This document shows positions 25,288 to 38,800 of a DNA stretch of 64,000 nt, in pieces. The notes below the pieces were generated by a model that was not told the DNA's origin, searched no databases, and saw only the letters and a program-made list of their open reading frames with translations. Position 1 is the stretch's first letter. Every line of letters begins with the position of its first letter. Origin of the DNA: Enoplolaimus lenunculus (Eukaryota); the NCBI GenBank assembly GCA_030248215.1, contig JASANG010004131.1, positions 248,001 through 312,000 of the forward strand. The letters run 5' to 3'. Position numbers and translations under genes: made by a program.

Positions 25288-28200
25288 ATGAATTTCAAAG
25301 TTTGTTGCAAGACTCATCCTGTACTCAAATGGATCCAGATAGTAAGTTTTTGCTTTATTGTGTCGGTCCATCTAAAGATCAGGGTCGGAACGTTTTTATG
25401 TGGGACTAGAAAGGAGTAAGCTTAATAATCTTTAGATTAATTTTTTTGCTTGGATTAGGTTTAGGCTCAGGCTTAGGCTTAGGAATATGCTTGTAATACT
25501 GTTCCGCCACTGTTCTTTACATTGACCAGAATGTTTTTAAAGTCCTTAAAGCCACTCTGTATACAGCTACTTTGCTCGAGCGCTAGAAAATTCATTGACT
25601 GGCCTGCTTACTTTCCTGTTTAAAACAGATGGTTCAGAGTCAAATTAGATTGAACAAATTTCATTTATCTTCCGCGTGGCCCATGTATAGAACATTGTCG
25701 GAACAGGTAGTATAAGCATATTCTTATGCCTAAGCCTAAGCCTAAGCCTAAGCCTAAGCGTATGGATGAGCCTATTCCTAAGCCTATGCCAAAGCTTAAG
25801 CCTAAGCCTAAGCCTAAGCCTAGGCGTATGGATGAGCCTATTCCTAAGCCTATGCCAAAGCTTAAGCCTAAGCCTAAGCAAAAAAAGTTAGTCTAAAGTT
25901 TAAAATGACTCTATTATAGTCAATTCGGAAAACGATCCGGCCCTGTTCTCATGAACCTTCAGCGTTTTCTCGCAATTAATCGTTTCAGTTGTTCAGCATC
26001 ATTGTGATTGCGTTGCTTGAACCTCAATTGAACGTTTGGTTTGTTTACAAATTTATCTTCGCTACCGGTTGTATATGTTTGGTGACAACGCCGCTAATGC
26101 TCATAATATTTTCGACCGGACTTTATACGAAAACGGGCGACGCCATTCCGTGGATTAAGCTGGTTAGTTTTTCACGTTTTGACAGCTGTGTCGAAACATT
26201 ATTTCACGATGTTGAATTTCAATCAATGTCGCATTGAGGTGTTTTCATTTACTATTTTTTCGGCCAATGTTACTTTAAGGGGCGTAACAGTAATTTAAGC
26301 GTATTCCTAAAGCCTAAGCCCAAGCCTAAGCGTTGCAAAAATGTGTTCCTAAGGTTAAGCCTAAGCCTAAGGCTAAGCAAAAAACAATGTAACCTAGAAT
26401 CTAAACCTACTCTGTTTTAGACCCATTAGAAACCTGGACGCCCCTTACAGTAACATGGGCCATTTTTTCTGAGGCCCAGGATTGGAAACGCATTCGTCCG
26501 TGTCCCGTCACCAAGTCTTTAAAAACCTTTTCATTCTAATATGACAAACTTGTCACGAGTAATACTTTTCAATAGCTTAAATTGGTCAATTTTAAAATCC
26601 GTTTTAACTCCTTCTCACATTGAGCGTGTTTAACAATGGCAACACGTATACATAGTACTAAATCACCATAAGACGTGAGAGCCCCCTCGGGCTCGAGCGT
26701 CAAGCTCCGATAGCTGAGTGGTAATGGTATTCGCCTCACACTCCAGTTACTGGAGTTCGAATCCTAGCATAAAAGTAGGTCTCACGGGAAATAGAAAATA
26801 TTCATGTGAGAATGGGTTAAACATGCAAAATATTTCAAAATAAAAAATTTCTGGTCATACGCAACATTATTTTATTGTTTTTTTTCCTGAAATCAAGCAT
26901 CCGACATACATAGGTATTGCATGCCCGTAGTCAGCTGAAGTGACTAGGCAGACGAATTAACATGATTTTATATACAAGCTGGGTTGAAACATTTCTTAAA
27001 AAAGAACAAAATTTTACTGGCGGAAGCTGAACGGAAAGTTGTCTTCTGACTACGGGCCGTGAACCTCATTTTATCAGCATCATAGAGCACGTTGTGTTAT
27101 TCTAGTCTGCTCGAGCATAATATTGCTTTAGATAAATATTAATTTTTCATAACATTTAAACGTTACTCTTTTGCTAAAGGTTAATTCTCTATGTTTTTGG
27201 TCGTATAACTTTCGCCATTGAAATCTAAGAATTAATTTTTTAGGCCAATGCATAAAACATGGCCCTAACAATAGTATAAGCATTTTCCTAAGCCTATGCC
27301 TAAGTGTAAGAATAACTTAAACCTAAGCGTAAGCGTAAGTCTAAGCAAAAGCATATTCCTAAGCCTATGCCTAAGTGTAAGAATAGCTTAAACCTAACCG
27401 TAAGCTTATTTCTAAGCAAAAATAGTCTAAAGCTGAAAAGTTTATTATTCTATTGCATTCCCGCAGAACAACGCTCCGCCTTTGATCACGTTTACATGCG
27501 CCAATTTTTATTTATTTTATATATTGAAATAAAATATTAGGAATATTTCGTGAACGTTGTCTGTGCAGTATTGAACGGACTTGCGTTGGTTTGCGCAACA
27601 ATTGACGTCGTTTTGATGTTCCATGATTACTGGAGTCATCATGACCAATCACAGGCCAGTTATCATACTCTGTATGGTTGGCGTAATCGAATGGCAGCTG
27701 TTTGTGTAAGAAACGATAGGGGGATCAATATTTTTAGAAGCTGTATAGGCGTTTTGATTGCTTTAGACTATTAAGTCTAAATGTTTAGGTGTGGCCGTAC
27801 TGCTGTGACCGTAATAAGAGGGGTTGTAATAAAGGTCCGGGATCGTTTATTGAGTCTAAATCAATAAGGCTCTTATCCGAAACCGTAGAGTCTATAAATC
27901 CAAAATTACTAATTAGTCTATATATAAACGTTACTTATTGTAATTAGATTGCGTAACTGCTTCCTGGTCGACATTAAGTTCAGCACCAAACTTGATTTAT
28001 TACTCAAACTGTAATGTTATCTGTATACCAGAGCAGCATACTCAAGTCTTAAAAGGTTAATAGTGAACTTTACATAAAATGTATTTAGCATAAGTTAAAG
28101 GTGTGTGATCCATGAAACTGGAGTTGAATTGAAAAATATAACAGTCTGCGACCGAACAGCGAGAGGGATGCCTGCTGGTTTGCTACAGTAGGCTTGATTT

Positions 28201-28452
28201 AAGGAAATGCTAATTGATCTTGGCATTCGTTGCGGAAATTTAAAACGTTGACGTTCAAAGAATTAATAGTGATTAGACATGCTAGCTCTATGTTTATGGC
28301 TTGGCGATACGTATTGAATCCGGGTACAGATTTCATCATTAATATTATACTGTAATCTTCAGGCGTTCACTGGATCAAACGCGCTTTTGTACTTACTGAC
28401 AGCGGTCATGGTTCACGAAACTGGTATAACTGAATACAAAACGCTTGCATAA
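25288..28452 (+). CDS. MARVEL-like four-transmembrane protein, 160 aa, 4 coding exons
   Basis: Exons 25288-25341, 25989-26162, 27541-27705 and 28363-28452 are all phase 0 with GT-AG sites and total 483 nt. Translation: MNFKVCCKTHPVLKWIQILFSIIVIALLEPQLNVWFVYKFIFATGCICLVTTPLMLIIFSTGLYTKTGDAIPWIKLEYFVNVVCAVLNGLALVCATIDVVLMFHDYWSHHDQSQASYHTLYGWRNRMAAVCAFTGSNALLYLLTAVMVHETGITEYKTLA*. It has four hydrophobic segments with MARVEL-like LKxxQ and PWxxxE patterns. Confidence 0.85.
25678..25957 (+). mobile_element. GGCC-TIR MITE with expanded (GCCTAA)n array, in a MARVEL-like gene intron
   Basis: Starts GGCCCATGTATAGAACA; TSD TTCCGCGT/TTCAGCGT; internal 66-bp unit duplicated. Confidence 0.85.
26262..26461 (+). 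mobile_element. GGCC-TIR MITE (GTTACTTT subfamily) with (GCCTAA)n
   Basis: TIRs GGCCAATGTTACTTTAAGGGGCGT and ACGCCCCTTACAGTAACATGGGCC; perfect 8-bp TSD ATTTTTTC; sister copy at 33216-33386. Confidence 0.9.
26608..26816 (+). mobile_element. piggyBac-like MITE with internal tRNA-like cassette (copy 2)
   Basis: TTAA TSD; TIRs CTCCTTCTCACAT and ATGTGAGAATGGG; A box TAGCTGAGTGG, TTCGCCTCACAC anticodon-arm-like motif, B box GAGTTCGAATCC. Confidence 0.82.
27243..27502 (+). mobile_element. GGCC-TIR MITE with (GCCTAA)n
   Basis: GGCCAATGCATAAAACA..TTTACATGCGCC; TSD ATTTTTTA/AATTTTTA; internal duplication. Confidence 0.78.
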
Positions 28453-29423
28453 CGTACATTTCTTTGCAGAGTAAACTGTTTCAGAATGCAATTACATTAC
28501 ACTTGCGTTGGTTTGGACCCTAAAACAGAACGCCTATATTGGCAGTAGAGTTTATGTTTAATTCTAAACGGAAGCCGGAACTAGGTCAAGCCAGGTCAGT
28601 ATTCTAGAGGGGCCCAAAATTTTTCATTTTTGCAAGTCGAAGAATGCACTTGGATTGCACGCAGGATTGACAATTTTACATTGGGTGAAAAAAATTTTCT
28701 AGCGGTGCCCGCTTCCCGTGGTTACTGATAAGTGCCGCCATGGAACAGGGCTGTTGCAGCAGTATAAGTATATTCCGAAGCCAAGCGTATGTGTAAGAAT
28801 AAGTTTATACCTAATCTAAGCAAAACATTAAGTAGTCTAAAGCTTAAGCTTAATGTACTGCAGTCCCGCAGAAAAAGCGTCCACCCCTGATGTTTCATTG
28901 GCCAAACTATTTAAGAAATGCATGCGAAGCTAACGATTAAAAAGTAAAGCGGCTTTAGTTTCTATTGACATGTTTGCAATTTTTGAAAATATTTTCAATG
29001 CCCTTAAATGCTTCCGCGCATTAAATTTTACGAAAAATGCCGATTTTGTATAGAAATTACAAAAGTTCAACCGCATCAAAAAGTTGATTGATATCTGATA
29101 AAATGTACGCGTCCAGAAACTAAACTCCGGAAACGCAGTGGACACAGTTAAAACTATGAATACCTGAAGAAAAATTACTCAAAAATTCATTTCGAGGTCA
29201 TTTGAAATCAAAATGAGGTAAATAAAGTGAAATCTGTTCGAATTTCGCAAATTTTAAAATATTTAATATTTCAATGCGACAACAATGAAATCTTGACTGA
29301 TTGAAACGTAAAACAAAACTATCGATTTTTTAAAAGACTTTGAACTTGAAATTTTGAGTGCTTTCCATTGGGCGAAATTTGTTTTTAGGCGTATGCTTAA
29401 TAGGCTGTGTAACGACAGTTGTA

Positions 29424-29676
29424 CACTGTAAATTCTAATGAGTTGATTAATCAATTGACAGAGCGAATTAGTTTTTTCTGGTTATTTCTGAGTTAATAAC
29501 AGTAGATATTAGCAGACTGCGAGTTGGTTTAATTCCGGGTGAGTTGACAAATAAACTCACACGATGAGTTAAATCAATTCAGATTCCTGAGTCCTGAAAG
29601 ACGTAATTCAGAGCTCAGACCTCTGAGTGGATTCAACTCATTCTGAGTTAAAATCAACTCACTGGAATTTACAGTG
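29424..29676. mobile_element. CACTG-terminated MITE, second family
   Basis: TIRs CACTGTAAATTC(T)AATGAGTTGATT and AATCAACTCACTGGAATTTACAGTG; internal TGAGTT/AACTCA repeats. Confidence 0.72.
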
Positions 29677-31609
29677 AGCTGTTTTGTAATGTTCTGAATT
29701 AAAATATTTGTATTTTATAAAACAATGAAAATTTCGGAATACACAAACAAATCAGACGTCGTCTTTGTGTTCTTTGGGCCAATGTACGGAAGGCGGCAAT
29801 AGTTTTTGCTTAATCTGTTTATAGCTGTTTGCCCACAATTATATGCAGCCGTTAATTTTTCGATCCTTATTCCGTATATCTGAGATTACCACTTACACAA
29901 TTTCATCTCAAATCCAATAAAAAGTTACGTATTTATTTATATATTGCACTGATCGTGCGCAGTTTGCAATTGAATGCTCGTACTATATATGCGAAAAAGT
30001 GTTTTTTCAACAGTATCCGAAAGTTTTTAGCCAAACTAATCACTATAGATCAGCTTCAAACAAAAGTTGCGAAATGGTGTGAGTCCTGAAGCGGTTTAAT
30101 AACCAAAACGTACTTTTATTCCTAAGTTTAAGCCTCCTATAGCGTAATTAAAACACAAATCTAAAACAAGGTTTAAGCGTAAGCCAAAGCGAAAAAAATA
30201 GTCTAAATTTTATTAGTCTTACGGTCGAGTGAAAAAGCCGAGAAATTTTTTGTGATAAAATGATAAGGTCCCTACCTGAAAAATTTATTCCTAAGCGTAA
30301 TACGTTTAGGAATATGCTTATATTACTGTTGGCTGTGTTCTATGCATTGACTCCTGACTAAACTATTCAAACAGCCGCTACTGAAATCCGATCAAAATAC
30401 TTAGTTTTATTGGCAGCCGGTGTACTGTCTGCCCATCACACCACTCTGATCTCTCTTGTTTTAAGATTATGAACTTTTTTGCATTATAATTATCGTCTAC
30501 TTTACATCTTTTTCGCCGAACGCCTCAATAGAACTATTAATTCTTCACACAGTTGTTCAGTATTCCGGTCATTTGATTTTGCTGTGTCTATGCGATTCAT
30601 ATACTTTTGATTTTTTGCCTTCAATTCTAAAGGCGAGAAAAACATTGAAAAATTCGTAGAAAGTTGGAAAAAAGTATAGTGATACACGGCAAAGGTGTGT
30701 GATCAAACAATCATAAGTGTATGGCAGTACTGCGCAAAAACCTATTCAACCGAAATGGAGCTTGTGGGAAAGTAACATTTTAAATACTTTCGATTTTTAG
30801 ACGTTCTTTAGTTGATCGCCGAGTAATGGATATAGAGATACGTTGTGAATGATTTACATATATAAGTATACATATAAGTAAATAAATAAATAAATATATA
30901 TATTATATGAGGAGTTTGAGTTTTATAAAAATGTTTCTTTTCTCACAATCTCAAATTTTCAATATGAACATTTGGCTCTTGAAATTTGATTGGTTTTGAG
31001 GTATACAATTTTCATGGGCTGGTGAGTTTGATTCGATGACTGTAATTCGTTTTATACAACAACGACTGGTGCAAACAATCGAAATTTAAGTATTATACCT
31101 ACTGAATATTTAGGCATTTGCTATTTTCTGCTGAAAAGTTTATATATTTTAATATAAATTTAATTTTGATCAAGTGAAATTGTACGAAATATATGAAGTG
31201 TTATTTGGTTTTTGTGATATTGCAATTTTTTTAGTAAAATTCGCCGATAAACAAAGTGTCTCACAGTGAAGAAAGTGCGGTTTTTGAAAACTTGTTACTC
31301 CTTAGAACAGATTTGACCTGTATAAGTTTTAATATATACATGGTTAACTTCAACACTACTTGTGGTAATTTGATTTAATGGCAAAATTTTCTCTTTATGG
31401 TACTGTTTATATGCGCGGTTCACAATAATTTTGTCAACGGTGCCACAACTCAGACCCTTTCTCGAAACTGGTGATAGCCCTGGGCTATCACAAAATTTCA
31501 CCTTGTATATATATTTATAATCATAACACACATATGTTTATGTGTGTTATTAAACTTGATACCAACAAACTGTATTTTAGGAATTTTAATCCTCTGCCCT
31601 TCTCGCTAG

Positions 31610-31930
31610 CTCTGTGCTATGAGGAGTTTTGTGGCAATCCTCAAAGCAGATTTAGAACTGTTAGGATATTGGTGGCAGAGAGTAAACACTTTTGGTGCTT
31701 TGATGAATGGTACAATTTTATCCCGAAACTGCAAACGAATCATATCGCAGTTGCCTACGCAATCGCGCAAGGCACTTTTCTATCATGAAACGGACATCAT
31801 ACGGTGTCCAGTACTAGCTATTGATGCGACCGCGGACGGCATAGCTTGTTCAGTTAACGTTTAATGGGCACTATAGAGCTTTTAACAAACGTATGGACAT
31901 TTTATGTGCAATCCAAACTAAATAGTAACA
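31610..31930 (+). pseudogene. Possible decayed alpha/beta-hydrolase-like coding fragment
   Basis: One frame reads ..IIRCPVLAIDATADGIA.. and, after stops, QTYGHFMCNP. This resembles the IxCPxLxIxGxxD..GH C-terminal motifs of alpha/beta hydrolases. Confidence 0.25.
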
Positions 31931-32841
31931 TGGGACTGACAAGGAAAACCCAAAGAAGTTGGTGTGACGTGAACAGATGAAAAGATTTCACATGACTTAT
32001 AAATCGTTTGTAAAACAATTCCATAAGCAGACTTCTGATTGCAGAAAGTTGAACACCACTCGACTCAGCCCTGCAAACTGCGTCAAAGTATATATAATTT
32101 GTCCAACTTTTCGAAAATTATTTCTGGGTCCCAAGGAGCTGAACATGTGACCTTAATATAATTTTTCAAAAATTCAGATTCGGGCATGGAATGATCAGGC
32201 GATATCGTCAGAAGCTTAAATATGCAAAAAGTTTTAAAATGCAAGCATTTTTGGGTAAACGCCGGCTGAGTGTTGTATAACCGACCAGTCAAACAAAGAA
32301 TGAATTTTTTCTATTTTTTTCTTTTTTTCGGAAAAAATGGGATAGAATTCATATTTTCCGGTCATAATTTTTTTCCAGAAAAAAACAACATTGCTTCATT
32401 TGCTGTTATACAAATTTGATCTATTTCAAGCAAAAGTGTAAAATATTTTATATATAAAATATTGGCGTATACGTTTGTTTTACTCCGTCTCCAGCGCTGC
32501 TTTAAAAGGCTGGTTGGTTAAATATCTATCTTACCAAGTACCAATAAATAGAACAGGAGCGAAACAGTTGTATAAGCATATCTGCAAGCATTGGCCTTAG
32601 GCCTAAACCTAAGCGTAAGAATGAACTTTTACCTAAGTCTAAGCCTAAGTCTAATCCTAAAACTAAAGCCTCAGCACAAGGATTCGCATACAAGAGTTTT
32701 CGTTGACTTATAAGCAAGGTTGAAAAGTTTATAGCGGATGCATTAGTTTACTTTATGCCACTGATTTTTACATGGACCAAGCATGTGTTACAATTACAGA
32801 CAACCTCGAAGATTATAAATATTTCCAAATATAATTTTGAC

Positions 32842-35800
32842 ATGCATAGATTGTGGCATTTTGTTACTAACGTATGGTCAGGAACGATTTTAACGACATG
32901 GTTTGCTATTGCTCAATTTCATTTTGGCGCAGCTGTGCTGAATAGTGTTGACTCAGGTAAGTTATATGCCGTCGCTGTGTTTCATTGCGGTATCACAATA
33001 AACTTCATTTTGTTCTGCAATGAAATTGCTCTTAAAGTAGGCTTAAAATTCAAACTAACTTTATACTTTAGCTTAGTTTTATAGACTTATCGTTACGCTG
33101 AGGTTGTGACTTACAAATAGGCTTCATCGACTGTCACGCCCTTAAAACTAACATCTTGTGAAAATTATAGTTTCCTACAATTTTCAATCATTTAGTAGAT
33201 ATCCTATCTATAGGCGGCCAATGTTAGTTTTAGTGGCGTAACAGTAGATTAAGCGTATTCCTAAGCGTTGCAAAAATGTGTTCCTTAGCCTAAGCCTAAG
33301 CCTAAGCAAAAAATGTAATCTAGAATCTAAACCACTCTTTTATAGACCAATCAGAAACCTAGACGCCCCTTAAAGTAACATTAGACAGTGCCAGGTTTGT
33401 CGACATATCTGAAGATGAAGCAAAAATTACGTGCTGTAAACTGTCAGTTTAACTCTGAGATAAATTTGGTTTTTATGGTTTAATGAAAAACTCGAAATTA
33501 CTTTGAAACCTAGCACATTCGAGACCGTGTCCTATATAACACTGAAAGAGTCATTAATTTATCATACATAAAAACAACATCGCCGTTGGAAATTTTGGCT
33601 AAACTTTTTGTTTTGCACAAGTTAAAATTTAATTGTCCCTCGCGATGTGAATCGAATCTGATAGAAAATAGTCTGTGAACCGGTAAAATGTGGCTTTTGC
33701 CTTAACGATCCGATTCGATCCAGTCCGAGCCATATCCGGATCGAAACGATCCGATCTGGCCCGAACATGACACTCATACACTCATAACTTCTCAGAAATT
33801 TCACCGTAAACACCTATAAACACTCATATGATGTTAATTGTTGTGTGAGTCTGAATTATTGAGCTCAAGTGAGAACCGTAGTATGAAGACTCACTCGAGG
33901 TTAAGTTTGGTACAATAATCTTCCACATAAAAATAATATAATGTTAGAAATTCTGGCCAAATAAACAGGGCCGTAACAGTAGTATAAGCATATTCTTAAG
34001 CCTAAGCTTAATCCTAAGACTAAGCGTAAGAATGAGCTTAAGCCTTTGTCTAAACCTAAGCCCAAGCAAAAATTTATATCTAAAGTTTAAGCTTACTCTA
34101 CGGCAGTTACGCAGAAAAACGTTCCGCTCCTCATCTTAACATGGGCCGTAGTTCTGAACGGCCGTTACAGTAATTATGCTTAGATCCAATCCAAAAATAT
34201 GACGATCAGATCCGGAAATTTAAGTGATCCAGTCCATGTAATTTTCCTTCCGATTCAATGCTGTCTCATCACGGATATAAATCGGATCAAGCCGGTTGAA
34301 TCCACATCGCTAAATCCACTGAAATTAGTTCAAAACATTATTTCTTTATTAGAAACATTCCTCAAAGGTATTCTCGATATTTCAACGGCTTACATGGAAA
34401 AAGCATCCGAATGGAACATTAACGTGATGCCGCACACGCTAACAGGACTGACACCATCGGCATTGGATCAACTACGAAATCCGTACGATTTCATCGTCAG
34501 TAAGTGTTTATTTATTACTTTTACCAGCATGACCCGTAGCCCAAAACATCAAATAATAGCACAGCTCCAAAAGTAATTTTTATCCTCTCGCGGAAACACT
34601 TTTGCAGAGCTAAACGCAGTAAAACGGCAAAAAAAAGGTTGTATATATGCAAAGACACTTGAAAACATATTTCTATTTAGAAACCCTTTAACTTTGACTT
34701 AATCTCTCGCCATGTTGTCACCTGGTTCCATTTAGGAAATATTCTTGTGCCGAACTTTTCCGACATCTTTTGGTTTCTTTGTCTTTGCTTTGGCTAAAAA
34801 CACCCTTGTTACGCGAATACTTTCTTGAGCTAAAAATTGAAAATAAAAATAATTTGTATCTCTTTTGCCTGTATAAAATTTTTTGTTTTTAATAAAATTT
34901 CAGTTGGTTCTGGTTACGCTGGAAGCCTGGTTGCGAGCAGACTTGCGAATACCGGATGCTATCGTGTGTTGCTTATAGAAGCTGGGCCAACTCCTGATTT
35001 TCAGTCATTTATTCCGTTTTTGCAACCGATGAAAAATCATTCGATAATGACGTGGAAATATCGCACGAGTCAACAGCGGTACGCGGCGAAAGGTCTTAAA
35101 AATGAGGTAAGATAACGTGACGGTTATTCAAATTGGGTTTATAAGACAAAAATACGATTTGTTCGACCGAAACCTGACTGTAAACACGAATTTTAACTAA
35201 TTTTGAATTTTATGTTTTCTAGTCCAAAATTACAAATTGGTCTATATTGCGGAAATGGTTAATTGACCAAATTAAGTTACAATTTGATTCATTTGCTCAA
35301 AGTATCAAGTTACCTATACTTATTGCATCACACTAAATTTTTAAAGTATATTCCTAAAGTATGAACCGAGCTGGATTGAAAAATAAATAACAGTACGGAA
35401 CCGAATACCAAGAAGGTACTCTCTGGAGAGGCAAAATAAATATAGGTCACCTTCCCTCTTTATTCGGCTCATTACAACGCGTCTGTACCAACACGAGGCT
35501 CTTAAACTTTACATACCATACAATAACATCAATTTATGGCAGCTTGAAAAACGAACACGAGCGAATATACACAGGAGTTTATCGATAAAAAATTTAGGAG
35601 CTTCCTAAGGAGGCATCTACAAAAAATAAGCGATATATTACAGCATACGCTGCTGGACTGATGTCCGACTCAAGAGATTTTTTCCGTTTTATATTTGATA
35701 AAAAATATTTTATTTACTGAAGGGTGAGAGCACGGCCGCTCAATGAACCCTCTATGGATCCGTCCCGAGTAAACACAATTTATTTTAACTGAAATAGGTC

Positions 35801-38800
35801 TTACAGTAATTTTGAATTGTTTCAGAAAGTCAAACTGAACACAGGAAAGTCACTTGGAGGCAGCAGTATGCTCAGCACTGGGATTTATTTGCCAGAAAAT
35901 CCTGACGATTTCCGCAGATGGTACCTGCAGTACAATCTAGTGGAATGGTCCCAGAAAGAAATTGAACCGTATTTTTTCAAAGTTCAAATCCCTGAAGATG
36001 ATACTGCGCGTAAAGATCCAAGTAAGATTATTATATGCTTATGAATCCTGGGCCCATATTCTCAATCGCGTTACAGTACTAATACCTATATATCATCATC
36101 AGATAGCTTAGGTTTTCAAACTGACGAACATCTACAATTGCAAATCCACAAAATATCAGTCTCCATTCTTATTCGGGTCACTACAGTACGTAACTACGTT
36201 TAAGCATAGGTGGTGCTTTACTTGCATGAAATTGTCATGTCAAAATCTGAGTCAATCAACAGCAAAGATGCGTACATTTATATTGCCGAAACGACTGTTT
36301 ACAGGCGAAGTAAAAGAAATACTTCAGTCGCGCAACTTAACCGGAACTTCACGTCGACTCAAAGATCATACGCGTCGCAGTAATCCGTTGAGCTTTTTAT
36401 GGATGCAAGCCGGCATGGGAATGGGATATCCTGTAATGAACGGAGTCGAATCGGAAATCTACGATAAAGGAGCATTTTTCATTCCAAACTGTGCGTTTTC
36501 CTCTGTTGAACTTGCGAGCTGACGTTTAACTTAATTTATGTATTGCAAATGTTTTGTTTAGCGACATTTAACCGCTTTTGCTGCAAAAGTATCACAACAA
36601 TTTGTCGCTCGACAACTTGTAATTTGAAACTTTATCGACTCGACGACAATTCGTTGTCCATCGTTTTATGATTAGTCATACGCTTAGGATTCAGCTTAGG
36701 ATTATGACTAGATTTATTCATAGACTTTAGGACACTGTTGGCTGACGAGTAGTCTGGCGCTGAATTGTCGTAGATTCCGCTGTAAGCCCGCACAGACATA
36801 AAGCGGTTGAGGGAACAAAAAGACATGTCTGTCTTTATTAATATTTTTAAGCTTACTTACCTCAAAAAATAGACCACAGTGCTACAGGGTTGATTTTCAT
36901 GTTTCTTCAATATTAAGTATCAAAGCTTTATACAATGACACACGTTTATATATAAGTTGAATTCCATATTGCAGGTTAACCTTCTGTCACTGGCGTTGTT
37001 GGTGTCAAAATTGTAGGCGGTAAAGCCTCAGAGCCAAAATTCTGCCTCGTCCTAGATAGGTTTTTGATCGCAGTTAGTAAGTCATGTCACATCCCCGTAT
37101 GCCCTTTTCTGAAACAAATTTTAGTCCCATCGAGCACGCTGTGAGGTGACGGTTGCTATGGACCCGAACCTTTTCCAAAACACAGAGCATTAACCCCAGG
37201 CGCAAATTTAAACATTCCTGCTAAATGTAAATCAGTATATTCAATGCAAGATTTAGGAGCATCAATGAGCTTCCCAAAAATACTAAGCTCTTATTAATTA
37301 TTCTATGAATGTACAAAATTGTTGGGATTAATTTTTGCAGTGATGTCACGAAAAGGTATACGAATGACTCCGGCGACACAATTTTTGAGTCACGTCAATC
37401 ACAAGCTAACGATCCTGACTGAAGTTGAAGCGTTAAAAGTGAGCAACTTCGCGATCACATATTAGCGCAGCCAGGAGGTCAGGTCGAGAACGCATTAACC
37501 TAAATTTCCCCAGACACTTTAGAACCTTACACTGCAAAAAAATGGTGAGTCAAATTGACTCTCTCCGAAATAAGCTTTTCCGTACTACACAAACTGAGTC
37601 AAATTCGACTCCGTCATAGTCAAATTCGACTCATCCGAGTGGCTCAGTGAGTCGAATTTTACTCTGGCGAAATCGAATTGGACTCAGTTTCTACTGCCCC
37701 GAAAAGCCTATTTCGGCGAGAGTCAATTGGACCCATCGTTTTTTGCAGTGTAGCAGATTATATCAAATCGGGTAAAAAACACCGTTTGCTGTGCGCAGCG
37801 CACCCTCATGTCCCGGTCTGCCCAACTTAAAGCAATCCGTTTTGGTTACGACCTTAATATATAGTAACTGCAGTGAAAAAAATCTGCCATAACTCATTTT
37901 GGATGAAAGTTTATAACTAAAATAAAGTACCGTTGATTCTGATCCGCATTTCGATATTCAACTCAACTTGACTGATTCGAAAAAAAGTAGAAATTCAAAA
38001 TGGTTAGCTGGGTCGCACAAGTTTGAACGACAACAACCTTGCTCAAACGCATTGTTTATCCATCGAAGACAGATTTGTTTGGTTTATTTATAATTGGCAA
38101 TAATTTCCGTAAACCTTACCTTCTACCGTAAAGTTTGACCTACATCAGATTATTATGTAACACTTTGAGCTATAATTGAAATGAGGAATGTAGCCAGGGA
38201 TTTTCAAAACAGAAATCACGATCTGTATATAAATTCCGGAACAAAAGATTGTTGCGTTACCAACTTGAAAACCATCATACAACATCTTTGCAAAAACCAT
38301 ACGATTTTATGCCTAAACCAACAATGATCATTTTTACGCTTTAAAACCCTCCGCCCTCAAAACCAAACCTTGATTGAAATATAATTAATAGATAATAATC
38401 GCTATTAATTTAAGGTTGTTTTCGATGAAGGAAGTAACGCAGCTGTCGGTGTTCAGTTAAGAGACAAACGAACGAACAAAACAGTAATCGTACGAAACAG
38501 TCGTGAAATTATTCTCAGCGCAGGAGGCGTTGGTTCTGCGAAACTGCTCATACAATCCGGTGTTGGTCCAGTGGATCATTTGGATGAATTAAAGGTATTG
38601 TGAAACTGGCCCATGTATAGAACAGGGCCGGAACAGTAGTATAAGCATATTCCTAAGCCTAAGCCTAAGCCTAACCTAAGCGTATGGCTAAGCCTATTTC
38701 TAAGCCTAAGCCTAAGCGTATGGATAAGCCTATTTCTAAGCCTAACCCTAAGCCTACCGTATGGATAAGCCTATTTCTAAGCCTAAGCCTAAGCGTATGG

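Noticed and set aside
25645..25881. LRLRLR-rich ORF (similar KPKPKP and LGLDLG ORFs at 16428 and 32526)
   Set aside because: These are translations of (CTTAGG)n arrays inside MITEs.
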